From NCBI GenBank assembly GCA_002423205.1, contig DIUZ01000002.1, positions 129,409 through 193,408 on the forward strand: a stretch of 64,000 nt of DNA, in the 5' to 3' direction. This document shows, one piece after another, positions 41,983 to 51,421 of this stretch (the first letter of the stretch is position 1; every line of letters begins with the position of its first letter). Both the position numbers and the translations under genes were made by a program. The notes below the pieces were generated by a model. It made no database searches and had not been told where the DNA came from. It was given only the letters and a program-made list of their open reading frames with translations. The stretch is from Micavibrio sp. UBA6145. GTDB taxonomy: Bacteria > Pseudomonadota > Alphaproteobacteria > Micavibrionales > UBA1664.

Positions 41983-42923
41983 GCGCGCCTCAGCACGGCC
42001 ACAAGCGCATCCATGTTCTCAATCCGCACATCAACCGGCAATGCCTCAATCGCGGCCCCTTGGGGCAGGCGGACATGGTCTTTTTCAGTGGTGATCAGTT
42101 TTGCGTTGTGACGCGCAGCCAGTGACGCAAGGCCGTCCATGTCATCCTGTGTATAGGCATGGTGATCAGGAAACGGCACAGTTTCAGCCAGCGTGTAACC
42201 GGATGACACCAGCGTATCAAAAAACTTCTGCGGGCGGCCGATGCCGGCAAAGGCGACATATGGGCCTGTACCCTTCGCATGTGTCTCAAACTGCGCGTGG
42301 AATACCGGCATGGTACCAAGACGCGCGCTTAACTGTGTGACATCGTCACCGACAATGACCGCCGCATGTGCGCGGCCCAGCGCATCGTTCAGTTTTTCGC
42401 GCAAAGGCCCCGCCGGGATGCATGCGCCGTTACCGGCACCAACACCGCCGTCAAACACCAGAACGCTGGCGGTCTTGGTAAAGCCGGGATTCTGAAATCC
42501 GTCATCGGCAATGACCAGGTCGAAGCCTTCTTTTTCAGCAAGACGCAGGCCCGCTGCGCGGTCAGGCGACACAATAACCGGCGCGACACGCGACAACAGA
42601 ACGGCTTCATCGCCATGCATGCGTGCGTCGGCCGAAGTGACCAGAACTGCGCCGCGCGTATCGCTGCGGTAACCACGTGTCAGGAAACAGGGTCGGGAGG
42701 CACCCAATGCACGGCACAGGGCGATGGCGGTTGGTGTCTTGCCGGTCCCGCCGATCATGACATTGCCCACGCAGATCACGGGAATGGACGATGTATAAGG
42801 TTTTGCCAGCTTACGGCGTACGCACGCTGCCGCCAGCCACAACCATGACAATGGCTTAAGCAGCGTGGATGTCAGGCTGGATCCGGGTTGATACCAGAAA
42901 GCCGGTGGTACAAGCGCAATCAT
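41979..42923 (-). CDS. lpxK: Tetraacyldisaccharide 4'-kinase
   Basis: VICVGNVMIGGTGKTP P-loop. Confidence 0.9.
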   Translation of the reverse strand: MIALVPPAFWYQPGSSLTSTLLKPLSWLWLAAACVRRKLAKPYTSSIPVICVGNVMIGGTGKTPTAIALCRALGASRPCFLTRGYRSDTRGAVLVTSADARMHGDEAVLLSRVAPVIVSPDRAAGLRLAEKEGFDLVIADDGFQNPGFTKTASVLVFDGGVGAGNGACIPAGPLREKLNDALGRAHAAVIVGDDVTQLSARLGTMPVFHAQFETHAKGTGPYVAFAGIGRPQKFFDTLVSSGYTLAETVPFPDHHAYTQDDMDGLASLAARHNAKLITTEKDHVRLPQGAAIEALPVDVRIENMDALVAVLRRA

Positions 42924-44203
42924 GCCGCAATTCCAGCACGATCCAGCACCGGGCGCAAATGGCCCGCAACCGTGTCCAGAACACCGTTCTGCGCCTCTAC
43001 AAAACCCTTGGCGGCGGCACCCAGTGCTGCAACCTTGTCAGGCGTGCTCAAAAGATCGTCCAGCGTGCGGCCAAGCTCGGCCTCACGGTGGGCCATGATG
43101 GCCGCCGCCGCCAGGCGCAGGTCATGGTCGATCTGCGCGAAATTCCACATATTAGGTCCGTATACGACAGCACAGCCCAGCTGCGCGGCCTCAATCGGGT
43201 TATGCCCGCCGCCCGGTGAATTGATCAGTGAATTCCCGATATAAGCAATCGGCGCTAAACGGAAGAACACACCCGGTTCACCCATCGTGTCGGCAATGTA
43301 GATATGCGTATCCGGCGTGATCGGCTGTTGCAGCGAACGCCGCGCGACGATCAAGCCGTCCAGCTTCGATGCTATTGTCTCCCCGCGCGTGGCATGGCGC
43401 GGCATGATGATGAACAAAAGGCCGGGATGCCTGATGACAAGGTCCTTGTAAAGACGTGCTGCCATTTCCTCTTCGCCGTCATGGGTGCTGGCAAACAACA
43501 CAACCGGGCGTGCACCAATGCTTTCGCGCAAAGCGGCAAGGGCGGCGTCGTCATATGGAAGCGGGGGACGGGAGAATTTCATGTTACCGGCAATCACGAC
43601 ATTCTGCGCGCCAATGCTGGCCAGGCGCTTGGCGTCGCCGTCGCTTTGCGCCAGAACGGCGTCGAACAGCCCCATGACGTGATGTGCGCCCTGCGGTTCA
43701 TGCGTGGACCAGCGCGTGGCACTGCGCACCGACATACGGCCATTGACCATCATCAGCGGGATATTCCGTGCCTTGATGGCTTCCAGCGTAATCGGCCACA
43801 ATTCCGATTCCAGCCACAGGACGGCTGCGGGTTTCCAGTGGTTTAAAAACGCATCGACCCAGCCCGGGCAATCGAAGGGTGCGTATTGATGCAGGATGCG
43901 TGGATCTTTCAGTTGACGCACCAGACGGGCGGCGGTGACCGTGACGGTGGTGATAAGGCAGGTCAGGGCAGGGTTGCGGTCCAGCAGGTGGCGCACCAGC
44001 GGCAGGACCGACTGCATCTCGCCGACGGACGCCGCGTGGACCCACAGGATCGGCCCGGCAGGGCGCGCGATGGTGGCCTTGCCCTCACGCTCGCTTTTAT
44101 GCGCGGTCTCTTCCAGACCCTTCCATGTGCGGTACGCGATCAGAAGCCGCACCAGCGGCGCGACATAGGGCATGATACGGCGGTAAAGCGACAGAAACAT
44201 CAC
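42920..44203 (-). CDS. waaA: 3-deoxy-D-manno-octulosonic acid transferase
   Basis: WVHAASVGE and overall KdtA pattern. Confidence 0.9.
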   Translation of the reverse strand: MMFLSLYRRIMPYVAPLVRLLIAYRTWKGLEETAHKSEREGKATIARPAGPILWVHAASVGEMQSVLPLVRHLLDRNPALTCLITTVTVTAARLVRQLKDPRILHQYAPFDCPGWVDAFLNHWKPAAVLWLESELWPITLEAIKARNIPLMMVNGRMSVRSATRWSTHEPQGAHHVMGLFDAVLAQSDGDAKRLASIGAQNVVIAGNMKFSRPPLPYDDAALAALRESIGARPVVLFASTHDGEEEMAARLYKDLVIRHPGLLFIIMPRHATRGETIASKLDGLIVARRSLQQPITPDTHIYIADTMGEPGVFFRLAPIAYIGNSLINSPGGGHNPIEAAQLGCAVVYGPNMWNFAQIDHDLRLAAAAIMAHREAELGRTLDDLLSTPDKVAALGAAAKGFVEAQNGVLDTVAGHLRPVLDRAGIAA

Positions 44204-44260
44204 GCCTATAAAAGCGTTAAACGACGGATTGTAAAGGATTATATGGGCGCTTATGCGCCT

Positions 44261-44767
44261 TTATGGCCCGTCATAACGCCCGGTCACGGCGTTGAAACGA
44301 TGGGCCGGTGCGTTACCCGTACCCTGCACGTAAAAGGCGGGTTCACGCCCACCCGGCGCCGCCGTGACGGCATTGGCAATCGTGTCTTCCACAACCTGCC
44401 AGCCCTGGCTTTGCGTCTTGTCCTTTTTAAGGACAAGTGTGGCGCAGCCCATCGTGCCGCAGGTGTTGAGACCCGAAAAACGCACCAGCATCACGCTGTC
44501 GCGGTCCAGACCCTTGGCATTGAAATACCGGGCCGACACAACAACATTGGGATCGTTGTAATAATCACGAAGATCGTTTTGAAGAACACTCCGGGCAATG
44601 GCCACCGCTTGCGGGTCGCTGTTGCTTTCCTGCGGCATGATGTCGACAAGGGACCCATTGGCACGCGCCAGATGGCCGCCGTTCAGACTCATGCATGCGC
44701 TGAGAAACACCGCGCTTGTCGCGGCTGCAGAAATACCAAGACGTCTCAGGAAGCCGGGCGCGTTCAC
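44261..44767 (-). CDS. Small exported (lipo)protein, module component B' (CGTMGC motif)
   Basis: 168 aa with lipobox FLSAC. Paralog of 45996-46496. Its start overlaps the upstream stop by 4 nt. Confidence 0.6.
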   Translation of the reverse strand: MNAPGFLRRLGISAAATSAVFLSACMSLNGGHLARANGSLVDIMPQESNSDPQAVAIARSVLQNDLRDYYNDPNVVVSARYFNAKGLDRDSVMLVRFSGLNTCGTMGCATLVLKKDKTQSQGWQVVEDTIANAVTAAPGGREPAFYVQGTGNAPAHRFNAVTGRYDGP

Positions 44768-45999
44768 TGGCTTCCCATGCTGCTTGGAAGCGGGATCGAC
44801 TGGTTCAGCGTCTGCAACGATTTCATGTTGCCCGCTTCATACAGCGTTGAACGCAGCGCATTGCCCGCGCAGTTGTTAGGGATCAGGTCGTTGAGTGAGC
44901 CCGTGATATTGCCGATATTCGGAAGTTTGATCGGGCTTTCGCACTGCACGTATTTGAGCAGCATGTCGACCATCAGGCCGCACATCTCGCTTGAGAACGC
45001 ACTGCCAAGACCAAGCGAGCCGAGCAGGCTGCCAAGCGCGTTGGTGGCCATGGATTGGAAGTCGAGCATGCCTTTGATGGATGCCGCCGCCGAGTTGATG
45101 GAGTCGAATTCCGACTTGAACAGTTTCTGCATGATGCCGCCAATCGGTCCGCCAGCGGACAGGATGTTGCCGGTGATCTGCTGGGCGTAACGCGTCGGCG
45201 CATACGAGAACTGGTTCGAAATACGCTCAAGCTCTTTCGAAACGCACGGGCTGTTCGACACTTGTGACAGGGCCGGGGGTGGGGTGTAGTTCGTTCTGAT
45301 GTAATCCTGCACCTTGGCGACAGATGCATCGAGCTGCGCCGTCACTGCGGACTGGATCTCGGGATCGCAGACCTGCTGATAGCCATTGCGGCCCGCGTTG
45401 GGGGACGTTGATGATTGTCCGCATAATCCTCCGCCTGAACCGGCGTTCGTATCATAACCTGCAAATTTATTCATGTACTGGGCCAGGCTGGTATGGCCGT
45501 CATTGGGATTATAGGCGCCGTTGGTTCTCAGCATCCGTAAGGTACCGCCGGCACCGCCAAGGTGCGACGCGCCCAAAAGGCCGGACCACGTAACGGTCAC
45601 GCCGTTGATGGTCTGGCCGATATACTGGCCTGCGCCACCGGCAACCAGCGTGCGGTAATTGGCATCAGTGAAGCGGCGAATGGCTTCTTCCTGCTGTTGC
45701 GGACTGTTGATGAAGGATGTGCGGTTATAACCAAGGCCGCTCAGCGTACTGGGGCAGAACTGGTATTTGCCGCAGCAACCGATGGTATTGCATGCGCAGC
45801 CTGAACCGGGGGGGCCGTTACAGTCGCGACCGCCGTAATTGCCGTTGTTTTCACTGCGGCCCAGCGAGTCGTAATAGCCCTGCATCGAACAATTCTGCTG
45901 CGCCTGCGCCGTGTTGGGCAAAATCCAGCTGCCCAGCATGATGCCAAGCAGAAGCGACAGGGACAGGATGGTATAAAACGGCCCGCGCGTTTTTCTCAT
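44764..45999 (-). CDS. Secreted protein, module component A' (Cys-rich lysozyme-like N-terminal extension plus shared C-terminal domain)
   Basis: 411 aa with a signal peptide. The N-terminal region contains GKYQFCPST. The C-terminal region of about 230 aa is colinear with 46500-47258. Confidence 0.6.
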   Translation of the reverse strand: MRKTRGPFYTILSLSLLLGIMLGSWILPNTAQAQQNCSMQGYYDSLGRSENNGNYGGRDCNGPPGSGCACNTIGCCGKYQFCPSTLSGLGYNRTSFINSPQQQEEAIRRFTDANYRTLVAGGAGQYIGQTINGVTVTWSGLLGASHLGGAGGTLRMLRTNGAYNPNDGHTSLAQYMNKFAGYDTNAGSGGGLCGQSSTSPNAGRNGYQQVCDPEIQSAVTAQLDASVAKVQDYIRTNYTPPPALSQVSNSPCVSKELERISNQFSYAPTRYAQQITGNILSAGGPIGGIMQKLFKSEFDSINSAAASIKGMLDFQSMATNALGSLLGSLGLGSAFSSEMCGLMVDMLLKYVQCESPIKLPNIGNITGSLNDLIPNNCAGNALRSTLYEAGNMKSLQTLNQSIPLPSSMGSQ

Positions 46000-46496
46000 T
46001 TCTCGTACCGTTCCGTCGCGGCGTTGAACCGGCGGTAAGGCGCATTGCCCGTGCCCTTGGTATAAAAGGCGGGCTGGCGTTGCAGCAGCGCATCGGACGT
46101 CACGATGGAATTGACAAGCGTGTTATCCATGACATGCCATTGATTGTTTTTACCGCGCTTGAGCAGGGTCGTGGCGCATCCCATGGTGCCGCAAGTGGAT
46201 TCACTGACAAAGGTCACGATCAGGACACTGTCTTTCTCAAGGCCCTTGGCATTGAAAAATTTGGCGCTGACCGGTGTCTTCCCGTCGTTGTAGTAATTTT
46301 TGATGTCTTCTGCCAAAACCTGCAGCGCGATGGCCGTGGCCGCGGCGTCGGTATTCGTGGGCCGGGGCATGATCTCGGTCCAGTCGCTTTTCTTGGTGTC
46401 GGTCTTTGCTGCGGACGTTGCCATCGCGATGGATGACGCCATCATCACGCCGCCAAGCGCCAGACACATAGCCAGGTTTTTAAAGCTGCGCTTCAT
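45996..46496 (-). CDS. Small exported protein, module component B (CGTMGC motif)
   Basis: 166 aa with a signal peptide. Paralog of 44261-44767. Confidence 0.6.
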   Translation of the reverse strand: MKRSFKNLAMCLALGGVMMASSIAMATSAAKTDTKKSDWTEIMPRPTNTDAAATAIALQVLAEDIKNYYNDGKTPVSAKFFNAKGLEKDSVLIVTFVSESTCGTMGCATTLLKRGKNNQWHVMDNTLVNSIVTSDALLQRQPAFYTKGTGNAPYRRFNAATERYEK

Positions 46497-46499
46497 ATC

Positions 46500-47258
46500 T
46501 TACCTCGCCAGCTGCAGAATTTCAGGCATCCCGATATTGACGGTATTGCCGGTGGGCAGCGTGACAGACTGGTTATAATTTTTCAGCGCGCTGGTGTTAC
46601 CGGCGGCATACAGGCCGGAACGAAGGGCGTTACCCGCGCAGTTGTTTGGGATCAGGTTGTTGAGGTTGCCGAACAGGTTGCCAAGGCTGGGCAGGTTGAT
46701 CGGTTTTTCGCACTGAATGTATTTGAGCATCATATCGACCATCAGGCCGCACAGCTCGGACGAGAACGCATCGCCAAGACCGAGTGAGCCCAGCAGGCTG
46801 CCCATGACATCGGATGCCATGCCCTGGAAGTCCAGCATCCCGGCAATGGATGACGCGGCCGAGTTGATGGAGTCGATCTCCGATTTGAAGAGTTTCTGCA
46901 TAATACCCGACACCGGGCCGGCGGCAGAGAGAAGGCCGCCCGTCAGCTGTTGCGAGTAACGCGACGGGGCGTAAGAAAACTGGTTGGAGATACGGCCCAG
47001 TTCCTTGGACAGGCAGGGACTGTTGGAAACCTGTGACAGGGCGGCGGGCGGGGTGTAGTTTTGACGTTGGAAATTGGTCACGCCGTCCGTCGAAGCGTTG
47101 AGCTGATCGGACACACCTTGCGAAATTTCCTGGTCGCAAATCGGGTTTGAGCCCCCGGTCTGTGTCGCATGCGCGGCGAAGGCAAACGCCTGTCCTGCGA
47201 CAAAACATGCCATTAACAATATGAATTTAAAGGAAAAACTGCGCTTGAAGCTCAGCAT
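46500..47258 (-). CDS. Secreted protein, module component A
   Basis: 252 aa with signal peptide (...GQAFAFAAHA). Paralog of the C-terminal part of 44764-45999. Confidence 0.6.
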   Translation of the reverse strand: MLSFKRSFSFKFILLMACFVAGQAFAFAAHATQTGGSNPICDQEISQGVSDQLNASTDGVTNFQRQNYTPPAALSQVSNSPCLSKELGRISNQFSYAPSRYSQQLTGGLLSAAGPVSGIMQKLFKSEIDSINSAASSIAGMLDFQGMASDVMGSLLGSLGLGDAFSSELCGLMVDMMLKYIQCEKPINLPSLGNLFGNLNNLIPNNCAGNALRSGLYAAGNTSALKNYNQSVTLPTGNTVNIGMPEILQLAR

Positions 47259-47353
47259 GTTTTTTATATCCCTTTACCCCGCTGTACGATCATTATACTG
47301 AAAAAACACCAATTTTTACAAATCCCAAATTCAGGTTACGCCCAGAGAAAGAA

Positions 47354-48076
47354 ATGATCCTTAATTCAGACACTGATTTTGTCGATCTGGTCGTCCTCGC
47401 AGGGGGCGCTGCGACACGTCTTGGCGCTCTCAGCCAGGGCATACCCAAGCCTCTTTTGCCGGTGCGCGGGGTGCCGTTCCTGGCCTACCCGATCAGCCGC
47501 TTGGCCAAGACAGTCCGCCTGGGGCGCATCATCCCGGTTGTCAGAAAAGGCACTGCCGATCAATTCAGAGATAACTTAAGCATTCTGCCATATCCAATAA
47601 GAATTATTGAAGAAAATGATGCCATGGGTACTGGTGGGGCCATTCTGTCTGCGCGGGACGGCGCAGGGCTTTCTGACCCGTTTCTTGTCATGAATGGTGA
47701 TGTCCTGTTCCGTATGGACGGTCAGGCGCTGGTCGCCGCCGCCCGCACGCACGGCGCGGCCATTACCGCCATTCATGTCCCGGACGCCGGGCGTTTTGGG
47801 GCGCTGGAGGTCAAAGGCGGCATGGTAGGTACGTTCAGGGAGAAAGACGCAAACGCCGGCGCGGGCCTGATTAATGCGGGTCTTTATGCCTTCACCGCCG
47901 AATCGCTAAAGAGGTTTGAGACCCGTTCATGTTCGTTTGAGCGCGATATCGCGCCTGTGCTGGCCGCGGGTGGTCGACTGGCCGCCATAGAGGCCACAGG
48001 CCCGTTTCTGGATATCGGAACGCCCGAAACACTTGTCTCCGCCGAAGCCTTCGTGCGTGCAGCTGCATCATTTTAA
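47354..48076 (+). CDS. Sugar-phosphate nucleotidyltransferase
   Basis: VVLAGGAATRLGALSQGIPKPLLPV signature of the NTP_transferase family. Confidence 0.75.
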   Translation: MILNSDTDFVDLVVLAGGAATRLGALSQGIPKPLLPVRGVPFLAYPISRLAKTVRLGRIIPVVRKGTADQFRDNLSILPYPIRIIEENDAMGTGGAILSARDGAGLSDPFLVMNGDVLFRMDGQALVAAARTHGAAITAIHVPDAGRFGALEVKGGMVGTFREKDANAGAGLINAGLYAFTAESLKRFETRSCSFERDIAPVLAAGGRLAAIEATGPFLDIGTPETLVSAEAFVRAAASF

Positions 48077-48169
48077 AAACTTGCATACGTCTTTGGGTAA
48101 GATTATATCCCAAGACCGTCCCATAACAGACGCATTATTCCAATTAACCATATCAACTATTGCGGACCC

Positions 48170-48652
48170 ATGAAGCGCAGCAAACTCGACAAAATCGACC
48201 GTAAAATCCTGCTGACCCTGCAGGACGAAGGTCGCATCACCAATGTCGATCTGGCCAAAAAGGCCGGTATTTCCGCGCCGCCCTGCCTGCGCCGTGTCCG
48301 CGCGCTGGAAGATTCCGGCTATATCCGGTCCTACCATGCGTTTCTGGACGCCAGCAAGCTCGGCTACGGCATTACCGTGTTCGCGCATGTTTCGCTGTCA
48401 TCCCACAATGATGCCGACCTCAAGAAATTCGAAATCTGCATCCGTGACTGGCCGCAGGTGCGCGAGGCGCATTTGCTGTCCGGTGAAACCGACGTGCTGC
48501 TCAAGGTCGTCGCCAAGGACTGGGAGGCATATCAGCAATTCCTGACCTCTAGCCTGCTTGCGACGGAAAATGTCGCCGCCGTACGGTCATCCATCGCCAT
48601 CCGTACCAGCAAGCTGGAACCCGGCGTGCCGATCAGCGACAACGCCAGCTGA
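48170..48652 (+). CDS. Lrp/AsnC-family transcriptional regulator
   Basis: LDKIDRKILLTLQDEGRITNVDLAKKAGISAPPCLRRVRALE plus a RAM-like C-terminus. Confidence 0.9.
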   Translation: MKRSKLDKIDRKILLTLQDEGRITNVDLAKKAGISAPPCLRRVRALEDSGYIRSYHAFLDASKLGYGITVFAHVSLSSHNDADLKKFEICIRDWPQVREAHLLSGETDVLLKVVAKDWEAYQQFLTSSLLATENVAAVRSSIAIRTSKLEPGVPISDNAS

Positions 48653-48658
48653 TCACGC

Positions 48659-49558
48659 TTAAAGCGCGTCGCCCCATTTCGCTTTTTTAGCGGTTTTGTA
48701 ATGCGCATCACGCTTGGCGATCATCGCATTCTCAAGCTGCCCATCTGATGTGCACAACGGCAATTGCATGACTTTGCCGATGCGTGGATATCCCACAATA
48801 CGCGCTTCAAATGGCTGTGCCGGTTTTCGTCCGGCGATCAGGTAAATGAATTTCTCATCCTCATATCCCAGATCCGCGCCTTTAAGTTGCTTGTGAAGGC
48901 GCGTGCGCGAAAGACGCACCGAAAAATGGCACCAGCCATCGCTCTCGCGCTGATACGGGCACTCCAGATGATGCGGGCAGGGTGCGTGAATATGTGCCCC
49001 CGCCGCTATCAGCATATCGCGCACGCCCATCATCATCGCGTATCCGGCCGGTGTTCCTGTATCGATTAAAATCAAACGGTCCTGCGTGGCATCCCACAAA
49101 ACGCGCGCGGTTTTCACGGCATCCGGCATTTCGTTCAATACATACGCGGCCATCACGATGTCGGCCTTTTCCGGCGCTGAGACAAACGACGCATCCGGCA
49201 CCAGCTTTTGCGCAACACCGCGCATATGCGCATTGGTCTCGATCATCACCGCACGCGCATGCCGCCAGATGGATGTGGCGGCAAGGGTGGCGGTGCCGGG
49301 ACCGGCACCAAAATCAAGGATACTGGACGGTGCATCGCCGCTCGTCTGCGCCAGCACATGTTCCACCGCCGCCAGCGTTGCGGGCATGCGCGTTGCGGCG
49401 TAGGCCAGTGCCTCTGTTGCGTTTTGCAGGGCAAGACTGCCTTTACGTTCGCGGTAACGCGCGGACACGTCTGCCGCGGCCTTGGTCAGGCCCGCATGCC
49501 CTTCAATCAGTGATGCAAGAATATCGTCTGTCACGGGTGCAGGCGCTGCACGTCCCAT
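48659..49558 (-). CDS. Rsm22-like SAM-dependent methyltransferase
   Basis: ILDFGAGPGTATLAA motif I and a C-terminal Cys/His cluster (CPHHLECP...WCHF). Confidence 0.55.
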   Translation of the reverse strand: MGRAAPAPVTDDILASLIEGHAGLTKAAADVSARYRERKGSLALQNATEALAYAATRMPATLAAVEHVLAQTSGDAPSSILDFGAGPGTATLAATSIWRHARAVMIETNAHMRGVAQKLVPDASFVSAPEKADIVMAAYVLNEMPDAVKTARVLWDATQDRLILIDTGTPAGYAMMMGVRDMLIAAGAHIHAPCPHHLECPYQRESDGWCHFSVRLSRTRLHKQLKGADLGYEDEKFIYLIAGRKPAQPFEARIVGYPRIGKVMQLPLCTSDGQLENAMIAKRDAHYKTAKKAKWGDAL

Positions 49559-50133
49559 CCATTGGATGCGTTGCGCGTGAAGACAAAACGGTCATGCAGT
49601 CGGAATTCACCCTGCTGCCAGAATTCGATCCGCGTGGGCACAATGCGGAAACCACCCCAGAACGGCGGGCGCGGAATATCGGTGCCTTCATACTGCGCCT
49701 CAAGCGCGGATACTTTTTTAAGCAATGTCTCGCGGGAATCCAGCGGTTGTGACTGTTCTGACGCCCACGCGCCGATACGGCTGCCCCGCGCACGTGATGC
49801 ATAATAGGCATCCGATTCCGATGCATCCGCGCGTTCCACGCTGCCCTCGACGCGTATCTGGCGTTCCAGCGATTTCCAATGATAGCAAAGCGCCGCAAAA
49901 CCGTTGGCGGTCAGTTGCTGGCCCTTACGGCTGTTTTCGTTCGTAAAAAAGGTAAAGCCCCGTTCGTCCACGCGGCGCACCAGCACCATGCGTGCGCTGG
50001 GACGCCCGTCCTGCGCCGTGGCAAGGCATGCCGCGTCCGGATCGGCATGCTCGGAACCTTTTGCCGCCTCAAACCATTGGTAGAATAGGCTTAATGGGTC
50101 AGCATTACGGATATCCGTTTCCAACATGGTCAT
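49531..50133 (-). CDS. pdxH: Pyridoxamine 5'-phosphate oxidase
   Basis: RMVLVR, FFTN..S.KG and RIEFWQ. Confidence 0.85.
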   Translation of the reverse strand: MTMLETDIRNADPLSLFYQWFEAAKGSEHADPDAACLATAQDGRPSARMVLVRRVDERGFTFFTNENSRKGQQLTANGFAALCYHWKSLERQIRVEGSVERADASESDAYYASRARGSRIGAWASEQSQPLDSRETLLKKVSALEAQYEGTDIPRPPFWGGFRIVPTRIEFWQQGEFRLHDRFVFTRNASNGWDVQRLHP

Positions 50134-50217
50134 TGCTTCGACATCCTTTTGCCCTAAAGTTACTGTGCAATTGAATCAGTATCAATGAGACACATAAATG
50201 TCCAAGAAAGGGAACAC

Positions 50218-50736
50218 ATGTCGCTTCGTTTTATCGCTCTGACCTCGGCGCTTATCGCCTCCACTGCTTTGGTGGGCTGCGCCGGTACAGGCTACAACAA
50301 TACCTATGACGGCGCTGGCAATACCGGCGGCGGTCTGAATAAACAGCAAATCGGCACCGGCGTCGGCGCTGTGGTCGGCGGTCTCGCCGGTTCGCAGTTC
50401 GGCGGTGGCAAGGGTCAACTGGTCGGCACCGGCGTTGGTGTTCTGCTTGGTGCGCTCGTCGGTTCGTCGGTCGGCGCTTCGCTCGACAAGGCTGACATTG
50501 CCTATGCACAGCAGGCGCAAAACCGTGCCTACACTGCGCCGATCGGCCAGACCATTTCCTGGAACAACCCGCAAAGCGGCAACTCGGGCACCTACACCCC
50601 GATTCGTGATGGTCGTGCCAATAACGGTTCGTACTGCCGCGAATACTCGCAGACGATTTACGTCGGCGGCCAGCAGCAGACCGCAACTGGCCAAGCCTGC
50701 CAGAATGCCGATGGCACCTGGAAGATCATCAACTAA
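50218..50736 (+). CDS. Glycine-zipper / 17-kDa surface-antigen-family outer-membrane lipoprotein
   Basis: Lipobox ALVGCAG, a glycine-zipper run (GTGVGAVVGGLAGSQFGGGKG...) and C-terminal SWNNP.SGNSG...YCREY...CQ..DGTWKI. Confidence 0.75.
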   Translation: MSLRFIALTSALIASTALVGCAGTGYNNTYDGAGNTGGGLNKQQIGTGVGAVVGGLAGSQFGGGKGQLVGTGVGVLLGALVGSSVGASLDKADIAYAQQAQNRAYTAPIGQTISWNNPQSGNSGTYTPIRDGRANNGSYCREYSQTIYVGGQQQTATGQACQNADGTWKIIN

Positions 50737-50758
50737 TTGCGTCAATACCACGCACATG

Positions 50759-50794
50759 AAAAGGCCGGATGTATATTGCATCCGGCCTTTTATT
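50759..50794 (+). terminator. Intrinsic terminator
   Basis: AAAAGGCCGGATG-tatatt-GCATCCGGCCTTTT followed by ATTT. Confidence 0.75.
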
Positions 50795-50850
50795 TAGCCT
50801 TTTTTAACGGCACCCCCGCCACAATTAACAGATAAGAAAATACAAAACAT

Positions 50851-51303
50851 ATGGTGGGTTCTATGGGGGATTTGCACGTCGGCGTCGCCGCGACGTTTAA
50901 GGCGACATTCAATAAATTGCGCTCAATGGCCACAGGCATCGTGCCTGACGGTTATCGCCTGCACCCTGACTTTGCCTTCACCTTCAACGGCTGGCACATC
51001 AATGGTCATGCACGGCGTGAGGGACTGGTATCTGACCGTGACGCCAAAAAGGTTCGCATCCTGTTCGATGACGCGGATAAAGACCGGCTGAATAATTGCC
51101 CCTATATGGCGCGCATGGGCTATTCAATGGATGTGACCCGTAATTACCGTTTTTGCGCCTTTATCTACCCGCGTGGCGGTGAGACGGTGGAGCAGATCCG
51201 CGACTGGGCGGCGGAGCGGGGATTCGTCCATATTTCCGTTCTCAACCGCGATAATGCCCTCCTGAGTTGGGACCATGCCCGCAGGCTTGAGGCCGTGCGC
51301 TAG
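50851..51303 (+). CDS. Hypothetical protein (150 aa)
   Basis: Protein-like composition, followed by a terminator hairpin. I recognise no motif. Confidence 0.4.
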   Translation: MVGSMGDLHVGVAATFKATFNKLRSMATGIVPDGYRLHPDFAFTFNGWHINGHARREGLVSDRDAKKVRILFDDADKDRLNNCPYMARMGYSMDVTRNYRFCAFIYPRGGETVEQIRDWAAERGFVHISVLNRDNALLSWDHARRLEAVR

Positions 51304-51352
51304 TGTGCTGGTCTGTAAAAGTGCGGAAAACCGGGCATGCTGGGCTGTAGAT

Positions 51353-51378
51353 AGGCGGTTATTCCGCCTTTCCTTTTA
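51353..51378 (+). terminator. Intrinsic terminator
   Basis: AGGCGG-ttatt-CCGCCT followed by TTCCTTTT. Confidence 0.55.
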
Positions 51379-51421
51379 TCCGTAAAACGGCTAAAAACAT
51401 CTCTTCAACGAAGGGGTTTTT

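Noticed and set aside
43886-45190. 434-aa plus-strand ORF
   Set aside because: It spans, in antisense, the waaA 5' end, an intergenic region and two genes of the duplicated module. A real gene would not ignore those boundaries, and the sequence is Arg/His/Gly-rich.
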